A stretch of DNA of 64,000 nt from positions 1-64,000 of IMG/VR virus record IMGVR_UViG_3300020577_007233. One strand, written 5' to 3'. Under the pieces are notes generated by a model. That model did not search any database. It had not been told where the DNA came from and was given only the letters and a program-made list of their open reading frames with translations. Made by a program: the position numbers and the translations under genes. Shown here piece after piece: positions 55,538 to 64,000 of this stretch. Each line of letters begins with the position of its first letter. The first letter of the stretch is position 1. Source of the stretch: a virus. Taxonomy: Duplodnaviria; Heunggongvirae; Uroviricota; Caudoviricetes.

Positions 55538-56249
55538 CTTTTATCCTTTTCTTTAGATCTGACATTACCTTATTGTGGTCAATCAGTTGGGCGTATTTAT
55601 TCTTACGACTCATGCCTAAAGGGTTTACCCTGTATTTGATGAGGTATTCTTGAATGTTCGCAAATTTCTTGCCATTCAAGACAGCTTTACACCAAAAGTC
55701 CAAGTCATGAGTGTATTTGATACTGTTATCCGGCGAATACCCGCCCAACGCTTTGTAGTCGGCTAACCTATACATTGACGTTGGATTGATAATCGGACAC
55801 TTTGAAGCAATAACCAACATCCTCACGATGTCGGCGTGTTCTTTGGGAGGAAAGTCCCAATCTCCAATAAAGCTTCCATCTACTCCGATCTTTTTTGCTC
55901 TACCGCCAACGCAAAAAACATCTGGATGAGCTTCAAGAAAACTATGTTGAACTTCTAACCTGTTTGACATACTTACATCATCTGCGTCATGAATCGCTAC
56001 ATACTTTCCTGTAGCCAACTCAATTGCTTCTTTAGAACGAGCCAAGACCCCTTTATTTTCAACATGATTCACAAAGCGAATTCTTGGATCGTCAAACTTT
56101 GCAATCAAGTTGCCTGTTTGATCGGTTGAGCCATCATTGATAATGATGAACTCGAAATTCTTGTATGTTTGCGCAAGAATAGAAGAAATGGATTCTGAAA
56201 TGAATCCTTCGCAATTATATGCGGCAGTTATAACGCTAATGTCCGTCAT
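55524..56249 (-). CDS. glycosyltransferase family 2
   Basis: SVITAAYN, NDGSTD, HDADD. Confidence 0.93.
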   Translation of the reverse strand: MTDISVITAAYNCEGFISESISSILAQTYKNFEFIIINDGSTDQTGNLIAKFDDPRIRFVNHVENKGVLARSKEAIELATGKYVAIHDADDVSMSNRLEVQHSFLEAHPDVFCVGGRAKKIGVDGSFIGDWDFPPKEHADIVRMLVIASKCPIINPTSMYRLADYKALGGYSPDNSIKYTHDLDFWCKAVLNGKKFANIQEYLIKYRVNPLGMSRKNKYAQLIDHNKVMSDLKKRIKDVKF

Positions 56250-57374
56250 TTATCTTTTGTTTCTGAAAAACTTAGCATATTCTTCAGAAACTTTCCCCCA
56301 ATTGTAAGTCTCTTCTACATTTTCCCTACCGTCTTTTCCTAACAAGGTTGATAACTCTTTATCGGAAAGCAACCTATCCATACCCTCGTAAAACTTAGAA
56401 GAAACGGTTCCGTCAAATTCCTTTAACTCTCCCTTTTTGCAAAAGGAGTTTACTCGCAAGCCACCTCTAAGCTGATCAATATGTCCAACATCCATTGCTA
56501 TCCAAGGTTTTTGAGCAGCCATTGCTTCTAAAACAACGATTGGACCGCACTCCTGTTGCGATGGAAACACAAATGCATCGGACGCAAAATAAGATTGAAC
56601 AACATGCTCTCTTGGAATATCGTTAATGAACCTAACAGGCAAACTTTTTGATTCGCAAACAGACTTTACCATAGCTCTCAATCTATTGCCCGGTTCAAAA
56701 GCTAAAGTTGAAGAAATGAAAACAAAAGAGAAGTCTTTTCTCTTTGCATATAGCTTTGAAATAATGGGAGGTAAGAATTCTTGTCCTTTGCCGGGAAAGA
56801 AATTAGAAACGCATAGCAGCATCTTTTCAGACCTAATGCCATAATGTGCCTTGAAGTCAAAACTTGAAGGCTTGAACTCATTCAAATCGACTGCATTGTG
56901 AATAATCGTTACAGGAATACCCCACCTATTACAGGTTGTGGCGTCAATGTAATTCTCTGCATGAGCTATTACTCTATAGTCTTGATGAACCTTTTTGAAC
57001 AACTCAGCAACTTGAGTGTTAGCAGGAACAGAAGATCTCATTCTGTTCATTCCCACAAGGGCAATACTCTTGTTTGCTGTTATTCTGCCTGTATTAGCTA
57101 GTATGGCAGGCCATCTAAAGAACCAATCGCTATAGACAAAAACATGGTCAGCGTTCTCTGCAAGCAGTCTTTCAATAAAGGCGTTTTCGCTATCGCCTCC
57201 AACAGGAACAACATTTACGCCGTTATGAACTCTTGGTAAGTTCCCGTGTTGACAAAAAACAGTGCATTCAAAGCCATGATCTCTTACAAGAGATTCGGTA
57301 ATCTGCTGAACAACTCTTTCCGCACCGCCCGTGTGAAATGGTTGAGCAAAATTAGTGCATACTACTAGCTTCAT
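56250..57374 (-). CDS. glycosyltransferase family 4 (GT-B)
   Basis: GGAER, NAVD, KG, FVFPS..E...VVLEAMA. Confidence 0.92.
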   Translation of the reverse strand: MKLVVCTNFAQPFHTGGAERVVQQITESLVRDHGFECTVFCQHGNLPRVHNGVNVVPVGGDSENAFIERLLAENADHVFVYSDWFFRWPAILANTGRITANKSIALVGMNRMRSSVPANTQVAELFKKVHQDYRVIAHAENYIDATTCNRWGIPVTIIHNAVDLNEFKPSSFDFKAHYGIRSEKMLLCVSNFFPGKGQEFLPPIISKLYAKRKDFSFVFISSTLAFEPGNRLRAMVKSVCESKSLPVRFINDIPREHVVQSYFASDAFVFPSQQECGPIVVLEAMAAQKPWIAMDVGHIDQLRGGLRVNSFCKKGELKEFDGTVSSKFYEGMDRLLSDKELSTLLGKDGRENVEETYNWGKVSEEYAKFFRNKR

Positions 57375-57375
57375 A

Positions 57376-58101
57376 TTAAGTAATCGGATTTTGACGCATT
57401 GGAGTCATAGCGACTCCTTGCCATTTCTTCTTGAACTTGTCATAGCTTTGCGCAAAGAGCTTCATTCTGTCTTTGTTCTTCCCTAAAGTTTGATGAGGAA
57501 GATGTTCAATTTTCGCGGCATAGTTCCAGCCAATCTTAAATCCTGACTGTCTTGCTCTAAAGTTGAAATCTGGATCTTCAAAATAAGCAGGATTGAACTG
57601 CTCATCAAACAATCCAATTTTGTCAACCACTTCTTTTTTGATCATCATTCCGCCGCAACCAACATACGAGTACGGGTCGTTAGGCTTCTTGCAGTTCATT
57701 CTCGGCATAAAAGAACCATCCATTAACCAAGCGTCTGCACCCGCAAGGTCGTATTTCCCTTTTTCCATAAAGTCGTGATACTGTTCAAGCCATCCACTCC
57801 TTACAAACTGATCATTGTCTAAGAAGCAAAGATAGTCTGTTGGCTCGGATTGATAAAGAGCATAACCCATGTTACGCCCGCTAATAACTCCCAAGTTTTC
57901 TTCATTTAGAGCAAGAGTGTGATGTTCAAATCCAGAAAGAGCATCCACCAAATACTCTTTAGTTCCATCAGTTGAACCATTATCAATCATTATAAGATGA
58001 AAAGATGACGGCTCGGTATGCTTGAAAAGCATCTCGATGAATTTTTCAGTAACTGCCTTTCCGTTGTAGGAAAGAACAACTATCGTGGTTTGCTTCATCA
58101 T
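57376..58101 (-). CDS. glycosyltransferase family 2
   Basis: VLSYN, DNGSTDGT, NLG, LDND, YFEDPD. Confidence 0.92.
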   Translation of the reverse strand: MMKQTTIVVLSYNGKAVTEKFIEMLFKHTEPSSFHLIMIDNGSTDGTKEYLVDALSGFEHHTLALNEENLGVISGRNMGYALYQSEPTDYLCFLDNDQFVRSGWLEQYHDFMEKGKYDLAGADAWLMDGSFMPRMNCKKPNDPYSYVGCGGMMIKKEVVDKIGLFDEQFNPAYFEDPDFNFRARQSGFKIGWNYAAKIEHLPHQTLGKNKDRMKLFAQSYDKFKKKWQGVAMTPMRQNPIT

Positions 58102-58116
58102 TTTAGCATTTCAGCT

Positions 58117-61100
58117 TTACAAGATTTGTACTGTATTCGATTCAGTTGCCGTACCAACGCTAATCCCATCAAACGGAATTACTTCGGCTTTCCATTTCTC
58201 GCCAGACGAGGTATTCACTGCTGGTACAATCCTCACATTTTGCAAGGAAGAAACCTCTGCAAAGTCGTCAGAACCTCTTGGTGCCCTGAGCCACCTGATA
58301 GAACTTTGATCGCTCTGAGTGCTACCCTGCTGTTGTGATTCATTGTCAACGTATGTATATGTTAGCTGAAGCGCTGACGCTGAAGAAACTGTTGGATTTG
58401 GAGATATCGTTACAAACCTGACTGATGGAGGATCGTTCTCAACAGAAACCGCAGCGCTTGTTACTGGATTTCCAATAATGTTATCCGTAGCAGGAAGTAT
58501 CGTAACTTCAAGAGTATTGCCTATCGCTATAGCAATAATGTTGTTCTTGATTTCTCCAACAAGAATTTCGTTGTTAGATATGCCACCAACAGTTACGCCA
58601 AGATCGCCTCTCTTGAATTCAACTCCATTAACATACCATATGATCTGTGATTTAGTTTCTCCATCACCATCCTGGAAGAATTCAAAGTCTGCGAAAGCTC
58701 TTGTTGCTGTCGTTACGGTATCTTGAACTGTTCCGTCATTCTTTTTACCCTTAATTGAAACAGTTGATATGAATGGAGGAGCCTCTATTATCTTAACAGA
58801 TGGAGAACGAACAATCTCGCTCAACGCAGTTCCGTCGCTCGCTCTTATTGTCGCATAAACAGTATCGTTTACCTTGAGTATGCTTTCTTGTCTCTGTCTA
58901 GCATATTGCTCAACGCTTGTTCCGTCTGGAACGTCATCTTTCTGGAATGAGAAAGCGTATATCCAAAGCGGATCATTAGTGTCTTCAAGATTATTCCATG
59001 TTCTTAGATTTCTAAGATACTCTATTTCAACACCATTGATGTACCAACGAATTTCCGTTTGTTCTGTATCTTCATCATTTTGGTTGATATCGAAATACTT
59101 GTAGCTAACGCTCAATTTTTGATAGATAGTCGCAATGGAAGGCGTTACTCTAAACTCAGAAACAACAGGCGGTCTCTGCGAAAGAGGAGGCGGCAAGAAA
59201 ACATTAGTGTTGTACATATAACCAACACCATCTATTGTTACGGGATTATTGGAATCCATATTCAAAACTCTTATACCAAGTTTCATTCTTCCCGCGTTCT
59301 CAATAGAAATGGAGAATGGACCAGACTGCTTTGAGTCAAAGATTACAAAGCCGTCTTGAGGATAAGTCTTGAATACAGCAGGATCAACTATTCCGCCATC
59401 TGCATTTCGAATCTCAACAGCAGATGTTGTATCCCATCTACCGTACTTAGCTTTCCACATGAAACCATCAATGCTCTCTAAGGGTTCATTGAGTGATGAA
59501 TCGTTTTCTTGATTGTATCTAATCGGAATGAAAACCTTACCGAAACGGTCTGATGGAGGCTGTGCGCCGCTCTTGTAATCAGACCAGTTGTATGAATTGC
59601 TCGTTGTTACCCCAACCTCAATCTGAGACAGTTCGGGTTTTGTTGCAGAAACAGAAACAGCAATTTGCTGAGGGCTGTAGTCTGTTGTTTCTGGCGTCAA
59701 GAATATGAAGCTCTCTGTCGGAACGCTATACTCGATATTTATGCCCGTCAAAGCCGGAGCGCCTGGAGTTGGAATAAGTTCGTATTCGCTTTCGATAAAT
59801 GAACTTAGACCGCTGAGCAAAGTAATCTTAAACTGCAAGAATCTTTCATTCAAGAATCTTGCATTAACATCGGTAAGTTCAATCTCTGTATTTGGGTTGA
59901 AAGAATCGCTGTAGTCTGAATAGTTAAAGCCGTCTTCGCTTGTTGCGACCTTCCAGCTTCCATCGGTATTTGGGAAAAGTTCATAGTCAAGAGTAATTGA
60001 GTTGACTATGCTATTGGCCTTCAAATCAACAACACATTCGTATAAGCCCCAACCAATAGAACCTTCAACCCTTCCAAGAGCGTTGTTCAAGACTTCATCT
60101 ATAAAAGTTGCATCCAAAACAGTTTGGCTTTCGCCGCCCGTCTCGTTAGCTATAGTCTCAAGAGAATCAAGATCTGTTCTAGCAACCAATGCTGAAAGAG
60201 TTACAGGGAAAACAACCGAGAAGTTGTTTATGACAACTGGAACTTGGGCAAAACCGTCAATAGCCTGAACGTCCTCTATCGCAGTTTGAAGAGTATTGAC
60301 AGAAAGGTTTTCTTCGTTATCTGTGTTGACATATATGACCTTTGAGTAGATATCGAGCGATTCGTCTAGAAGAATAGAAGAGTTACCAACAATAGCATCA
60401 TACAGAGGTGAGGCTCCAAATGGGATCTCGTTGCGAAGCCTTCCGAGATACTTGGTCATGTCTTCATATTCGCCATTGTTGACAAAAGTTATGATCTGAG
60501 GAATCCATTCAATGTCGCTGTAATAAGCAACTTCTGGGCTTTCCAACTGAGGAGTCTGCGGAGGAGCGAGATCGAAAACAGGATTATCACTCTCCTTGAG
60601 CGTCTGATCGATAACTTGGTTATTCTCGTTGTCTCCGTTTTGATTGCCTCCGCCTTGATTATTACTTCCTTCAACAGCCTGACTTGCTTCTATGCTGCGA
60701 CATCCTTCAAATTCAGTAGGAGGAGTTCCACCAGAATCAGAGCCTCCAGGATTCTGATTAGAGTCCCCACCCGAATTATTAGACCCGCTATCATTCGTTG
60801 TGGGTGTTGAGTCAGTATTGTCCTTGATATCAATAACGGTTTGTCCGTAGAAGAAGTCATCAATAACTGTTATTCTAACTTTGATAGAGTACGGATTTCG
60901 GGTCTCGCCCTCAACTATCTTGAGAGTGTTGCTGCCTTCGTTACCCCCTTCGCCTACAACCTGTTCCTGTATGCCAAGTTTTTCTTTGATCTCTGATATC
61001 TTCTTGAGAATATCATCAGCCCTTGGCAACATAATAGTAGAACCAACACCGTTAGTTATGTAGAAATCATTAGAACTGAAGACTACTGGATATACAAGAG

Positions 61101-64000
61101 CATCTCTTAGAGCGGAATTGTCTGACTGCTGCTGAGATTGGTCGCCTCCATCAGTTTCGCTACCAGCGTTTGAATCAGGGAACAAGAGTATACCCTGCAC
61201 AAGAACTCTTATAGAAGATGACGGATGCTCTCCAACATCATTGATAAGTTCTATAGCAACCGTTGCAGACTGCTTGCCATCAAGTCTAATAGAAGAAGGA
61301 TTGGCGCTTGCCTTAATTTGCAAAAATCCGGCAGGACGACCGCTCGTAAGACCGCCAGCGGTATAGATGTACCTCCACTGATCGCTTGTTCCACCAAACG
61401 ATGTCTTGGCTGTAGGCATCCTAGTAAGAGAATCGTATGAATAAGTAGGAGAGCCTTCTTCTATAAGATCAAAAACGCTCAGAACCTGAGACTTTGCACT
61501 TGAACCTCCAATGAAGTAGTGAGAATCATATATGCTTGCTGAAACACCTCTATACCTTGGAGCAGGTATCTGATCGTAAATGTAATCGTCAAGAGAAATA
61601 GTCAAGTCATTCAAGTTAATCTTGAATGAATCGGTTACAAACTCAAGAGGCTGTTCGCCTGTATCTTCGTTTCTTACCCCTGGAATTGCTCCGCCAAGAA
61701 CATGAATCTCTGAGGTATCGGCAGTAGCAAACGCGAAAGGAGCAACTCTCTCGTAAAGAGTTAAGTCAACTCCACTAAACGCTTCGCTATACGACCAAGT
61801 TCCTGAATCGAAATCGTAAACAAGTATTCTGTCGTTGACAGCATCAATAGAACCCTTTTGTCCTATCTTCCTAATTCCACCTATAATGTAAGCCTTGCCG
61901 TATATAACAACACAAGTTCCGAGAGCAACACCATATGTATTCTGATCGAAAGTTGGCATCACCCCAACGTTTTCCCATGCATCTGTTTCCGTGTTGTATC
62001 TTTCTATTGAGTCTGTTATGGTTAGGTTAGACCCATCAGCAACTATTCCGCCGAAGACGTAAATGTAAATGCCATCTTGGGCTGCCATATGATAGAACCT
62101 AGGAACGGACATGGCTTCCATTGTCGTCCAAGTATCTGATTCGACATCATATCTTTCGTTGTAACCAAGAATAGATTTACCATCAAGCCCACCGATTGCA
62201 TAAAGCTGTTCGCCGTATGGATTGAAAGTCCAGCTAAGAGTTAGGCAACCTCTTGGGTGACTCATTGGAGTCTTAGTTTCCCAAGTGTTGCTGAACGTAT
62301 CGTATATATCAAGAGAACCGCTAAAGACGTTGCTTATTTCGCCTTCTGGCTTTTCTTCTGTTGTGTCCTCTTTTGGCTGCGAAGGGTCGTACTTTATGGT
62401 TACGCAACAAGTCATGCTGCGCTCTACATCTCCTCGTTTATCATACTTTGTTTCTGCCTGAACCTGAGCTTCAAAAGCGCTTTCTGGTCCAAACGCAGCA
62501 ACAAAGAATGAAGCAAAACTTCTTACTGGCCCAGTTGGATTAAGTATGCTATCGTTGACCTTTTCTGTGTATACGGTATCGCTAAGCAATATGATCTTTT
62601 CTGGATTCTTACCAGCAATAGTCAAGAAAACAGGAGTACCGTTTGGTACTGGCTTTTGCTTAAAAGTTACCTCAACAACAAACTCATGTACAGATACGCC
62701 ATCGCAAAGAACTTTCTCTACACTACTACCATTCCTTCTGATATCAACAACTAATATATCAAGAGGCTCTTTTAGCTCAACAGTTGTTGGAGGAACTCCA
62801 CCTTTGATATCTCCTCCGCCTCTTAGATATCTCGTTTCTCCATTGAAGTTAATAGAGGTAGAGCCATTGATGACAAGCAAATCTTTCTTCTTTGCTGCGC
62901 CTGGAGGAATGTCTATGCAAGAACAAATGTTACCAGCTTGGTTGTTATCATCGTCGCCTCCGCTTGTTGATTTTGGTCTTCCTACAAACTTGTTGATTCT
63001 AAGATAAAATGAAGTGCTGTTTCCTGTTTGCGCAAGAGGAACTTGAGCAAATCCTATTTGCTCATTTGCTTGCGTTACTACATATTCTTCCAAATCTTCA
63101 TCATATGTAGTAACCAAATCGTCTCCGTAAAGGATTTCGAAGTCAGATCCAGATTCAACATCAATGATTTGCCCATTATCCAAAACGAATATTGGTTTTC
63201 CTGCGTTATTGGCGCATTCTCTAAAGCACTCAGCAAGGACTCCTCCTGTTATATTTGGATCATGATAAACCGTAACAGGCAAAAGCTGATAACCGTCAGC
63301 ATATAGAGTATTGACATACTGAGGAGTAGTCATTAGGAAACGAGAACCAAAGCCAAGACCCGCAAAGTTAGGCGGATAGATTAGGGCAGGCCTTTCTTCA
63401 AATGCACTTAAACCATCGTAAACAACAGATGCTTTGATTGCATAAAGCTCTGGCAAATAGATGATATTACCTGGACATGGAACGTAAAGTTCCCATGAAA
63501 CACCGCATGCTGGGCCAAAGAAGATTCTTCTTGCCGTTCCGTTTCTTGTGTATGAGAAAACGCCCGGTCCTGCGGGAACGTTGTCTGTAGAATAAAACGG
63601 ACGGTCCTTAGCGTTGCGACCTTTTCTTAATGTCCAACGAACAACCTGCTGTCCTTCAACAGGAATTTTCCTAGGACGCTCAGTATCAGGACTGTCAGGG
63701 TCTATCATATAAACCCTTGCTTGTTGCTCGGCAACGTCAATACAGTTAGAATCAGGTGGTTCTATTGTCGTTTCAACCCTAAGAATACTGTCGAATACAA
63801 TGTACATCTTCTTACGAGCGTAATATCCATTGTATCCCGCTTTACCAAAAAGCATAACAGCTTGAGGAGAATGAGGTGATCTCAACGGTATATCTGCATA
63901 TGAAACTTGCTTAGTTGTTCCATCGGTTAGCGTCTGTAGGCCAGTCCTAAGAGGAATAGAAGTTGCTGGCGGCTGCACCGCTCGACTTCTTCTATCAGAG
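58117..64000 (-). CDS. very large Kelch-propeller / vWA-like / Ig-repeat protein, probably structural (5' end outside window)
   Basis: frame open to window edge; ~6 Kelch repeats (LYAIGG, IYVFGG, YIIGG, HVLGG, YFIGG, YTAGG), SPLYDAI...TD vWA-like segment, 3 C-terminal PP..Y..D..W Ig-like repeats. Confidence 0.8.
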   Translation of the reverse strand, partial: SDRRSRAVQPPATSIPLRTGLQTLTDGTTKQVSYADIPLRSPHSPQAVMLFGKAGYNGYYARKKMYIVFDSILRVETTIEPPDSNCIDVAEQQARVYMIDPDSPDTERPRKIPVEGQQVVRWTLRKGRNAKDRPFYSTDNVPAGPGVFSYTRNGTARRIFFGPACGVSWELYVPCPGNIIYLPELYAIKASVVYDGLSAFEERPALIYPPNFAGLGFGSRFLMTTPQYVNTLYADGYQLLPVTVYHDPNITGGVLAECFRECANNAGKPIFVLDNGQIIDVESGSDFEILYGDDLVTTYDEDLEEYVVTQANEQIGFAQVPLAQTGNSTSFYLRINKFVGRPKSTSGGDDDNNQAGNICSCIDIPPGAAKKKDLLVINGSTSINFNGETRYLRGGGDIKGGVPPTTVELKEPLDILVVDIRRNGSSVEKVLCDGVSVHEFVVEVTFKQKPVPNGTPVFLTIAGKNPEKIILLSDTVYTEKVNDSILNPTGPVRSFASFFVAAFGPESAFEAQVQAETKYDKRGDVERSMTCCVTIKYDPSQPKEDTTEEKPEGEISNVFSGSLDIYDTFSNTWETKTPMSHPRGCLTLSWTFNPYGEQLYAIGGLDGKSILGYNERYDVESDTWTTMEAMSVPRFYHMAAQDGIYIYVFGGIVADGSNLTITDSIERYNTETDAWENVGVMPTFDQNTYGVALGTCVVIYGKAYIIGGIRKIGQKGSIDAVNDRILVYDFDSGTWSYSEAFSGVDLTLYERVAPFAFATADTSEIHVLGGAIPGVRNEDTGEQPLEFVTDSFKINLNDLTISLDDYIYDQIPAPRYRGVSASIYDSHYFIGGSSAKSQVLSVFDLIEEGSPTYSYDSLTRMPTAKTSFGGTSDQWRYIYTAGGLTSGRPAGFLQIKASANPSSIRLDGKQSATVAIELINDVGEHPSSSIRVLVQGILLFPDSNAGSETDGGDQSQQQSDNSALRDALVYPVVFSSNDFYITNGVGSTIMLPRADDILKKISEIKEKLGIQEQVVGEGGNEGSNTLKIVEGETRNPYSIKVRITVIDDFFYGQTVIDIKDNTDSTPTTNDSGSNNSGGDSNQNPGGSDSGGTPPTEFEGCRSIEASQAVEGSNNQGGGNQNGDNENNQVIDQTLKESDNPVFDLAPPQTPQLESPEVAYYSDIEWIPQIITFVNNGEYEDMTKYLGRLRNEIPFGASPLYDAIVGNSSILLDESLDIYSKVIYVNTDNEENLSVNTLQTAIEDVQAIDGFAQVPVVINNFSVVFPVTLSALVARTDLDSLETIANETGGESQTVLDATFIDEVLNNALGRVEGSIGWGLYECVVDLKANSIVNSITLDYELFPNTDGSWKVATSEDGFNYSDYSDSFNPNTEIELTDVNARFLNERFLQFKITLLSGLSSFIESEYELIPTPGAPALTGINIEYSVPTESFIFLTPETTDYSPQQIAVSVSATKPELSQIEVGVTTSNSYNWSDYKSGAQPPSDRFGKVFIPIRYNQENDSSLNEPLESIDGFMWKAKYGRWDTTSAVEIRNADGGIVDPAVFKTYPQDGFVIFDSKQSGPFSISIENAGRMKLGIRVLNMDSNNPVTIDGVGYMYNTNVFLPPPLSQRPPVVSEFRVTPSIATIYQKLSVSYKYFDINQNDEDTEQTEIRWYINGVEIEYLRNLRTWNNLEDTNDPLWIYAFSFQKDDVPDGTSVEQYARQRQESILKVNDTVYATIRASDGTALSEIVRSPSVKIIEAPPFISTVSIKGKKNDGTVQDTVTTATRAFADFEFFQDGDGETKSQIIWYVNGVEFKRGDLGVTVGGISNNEILVGEIKNNIIAIAIGNTLEVTILPATDNIIGNPVTSAAVSVENDPPSVRFVTISPNPTVSSASALQLTYTYVDNESQQQGSTQSDQSSIRWLRAPRGSDDFAEVSSLQNVRIVPAVNTSSGEKWKAEVIPFDGISVGTATESNTVQIL

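Noticed and set aside
517-63306. Numerous plus-strand ORFs of 60-180 aa in the ORF track
   Set aside because: All are antisense shadows of well-supported minus-strand genes and have no recognisable motifs
1-64000. Stop-codon reassignment, tRNA or rRNA genes
   Set aside because: Genes are full length in code 11 and end in TAA, TAG and TGA; intergenic gaps are short and show no cloverleaf or rRNA signatures

Overview
This window looks like a segment of a large (jumbo/huge) bacteriophage genome. All ~70 genes lie on the minus strand, tightly packed and often overlapping, in the standard genetic code. It has three parts. (1) ~1-20.5 kb: a glycan-biosynthesis island with gmd, many GT2/GT11-like and unknown glycosyltransferase-like genes, a TylF O-methyltransferase, a NeuA/NeuB/KdsC/Maf nonulosonic-acid module and a kinase-aldolase fusion. 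(2) ~21-55 kb: replication and recombination genes (UvrD, Cas4-like nuclease, RecA, SSB, split DnaG, split DnaE, DnaB, DnaC-like loader, SF2 helicase, five DNA methyltransferases), plus IF3, SpoVS, two minimal class II aaRS-like genes and an intein-containing Ycf46-like AAA ATPase. (3) 55.5-64 kb: three more glycosyltransferases directly downstream of a >1950-aa Kelch/Ig-repeat protein that is open at the window edge. The most notable observations are these. A LAGLIDADG element sits in the first codons of a DUF1257 gene and rebuilds that gene's 5' end with a new SD and an ATT start. DnaE is split without an intein and interrupted by a five-gene cassette. A recurrent CGA-core promoter-like motif would give leaderless mRNAs, in a genome that carries its own IF3. 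A 41-bp tandem duplication frameshifts one glycan gene. All family assignments come from motif recognition by eye; no database searches were run.
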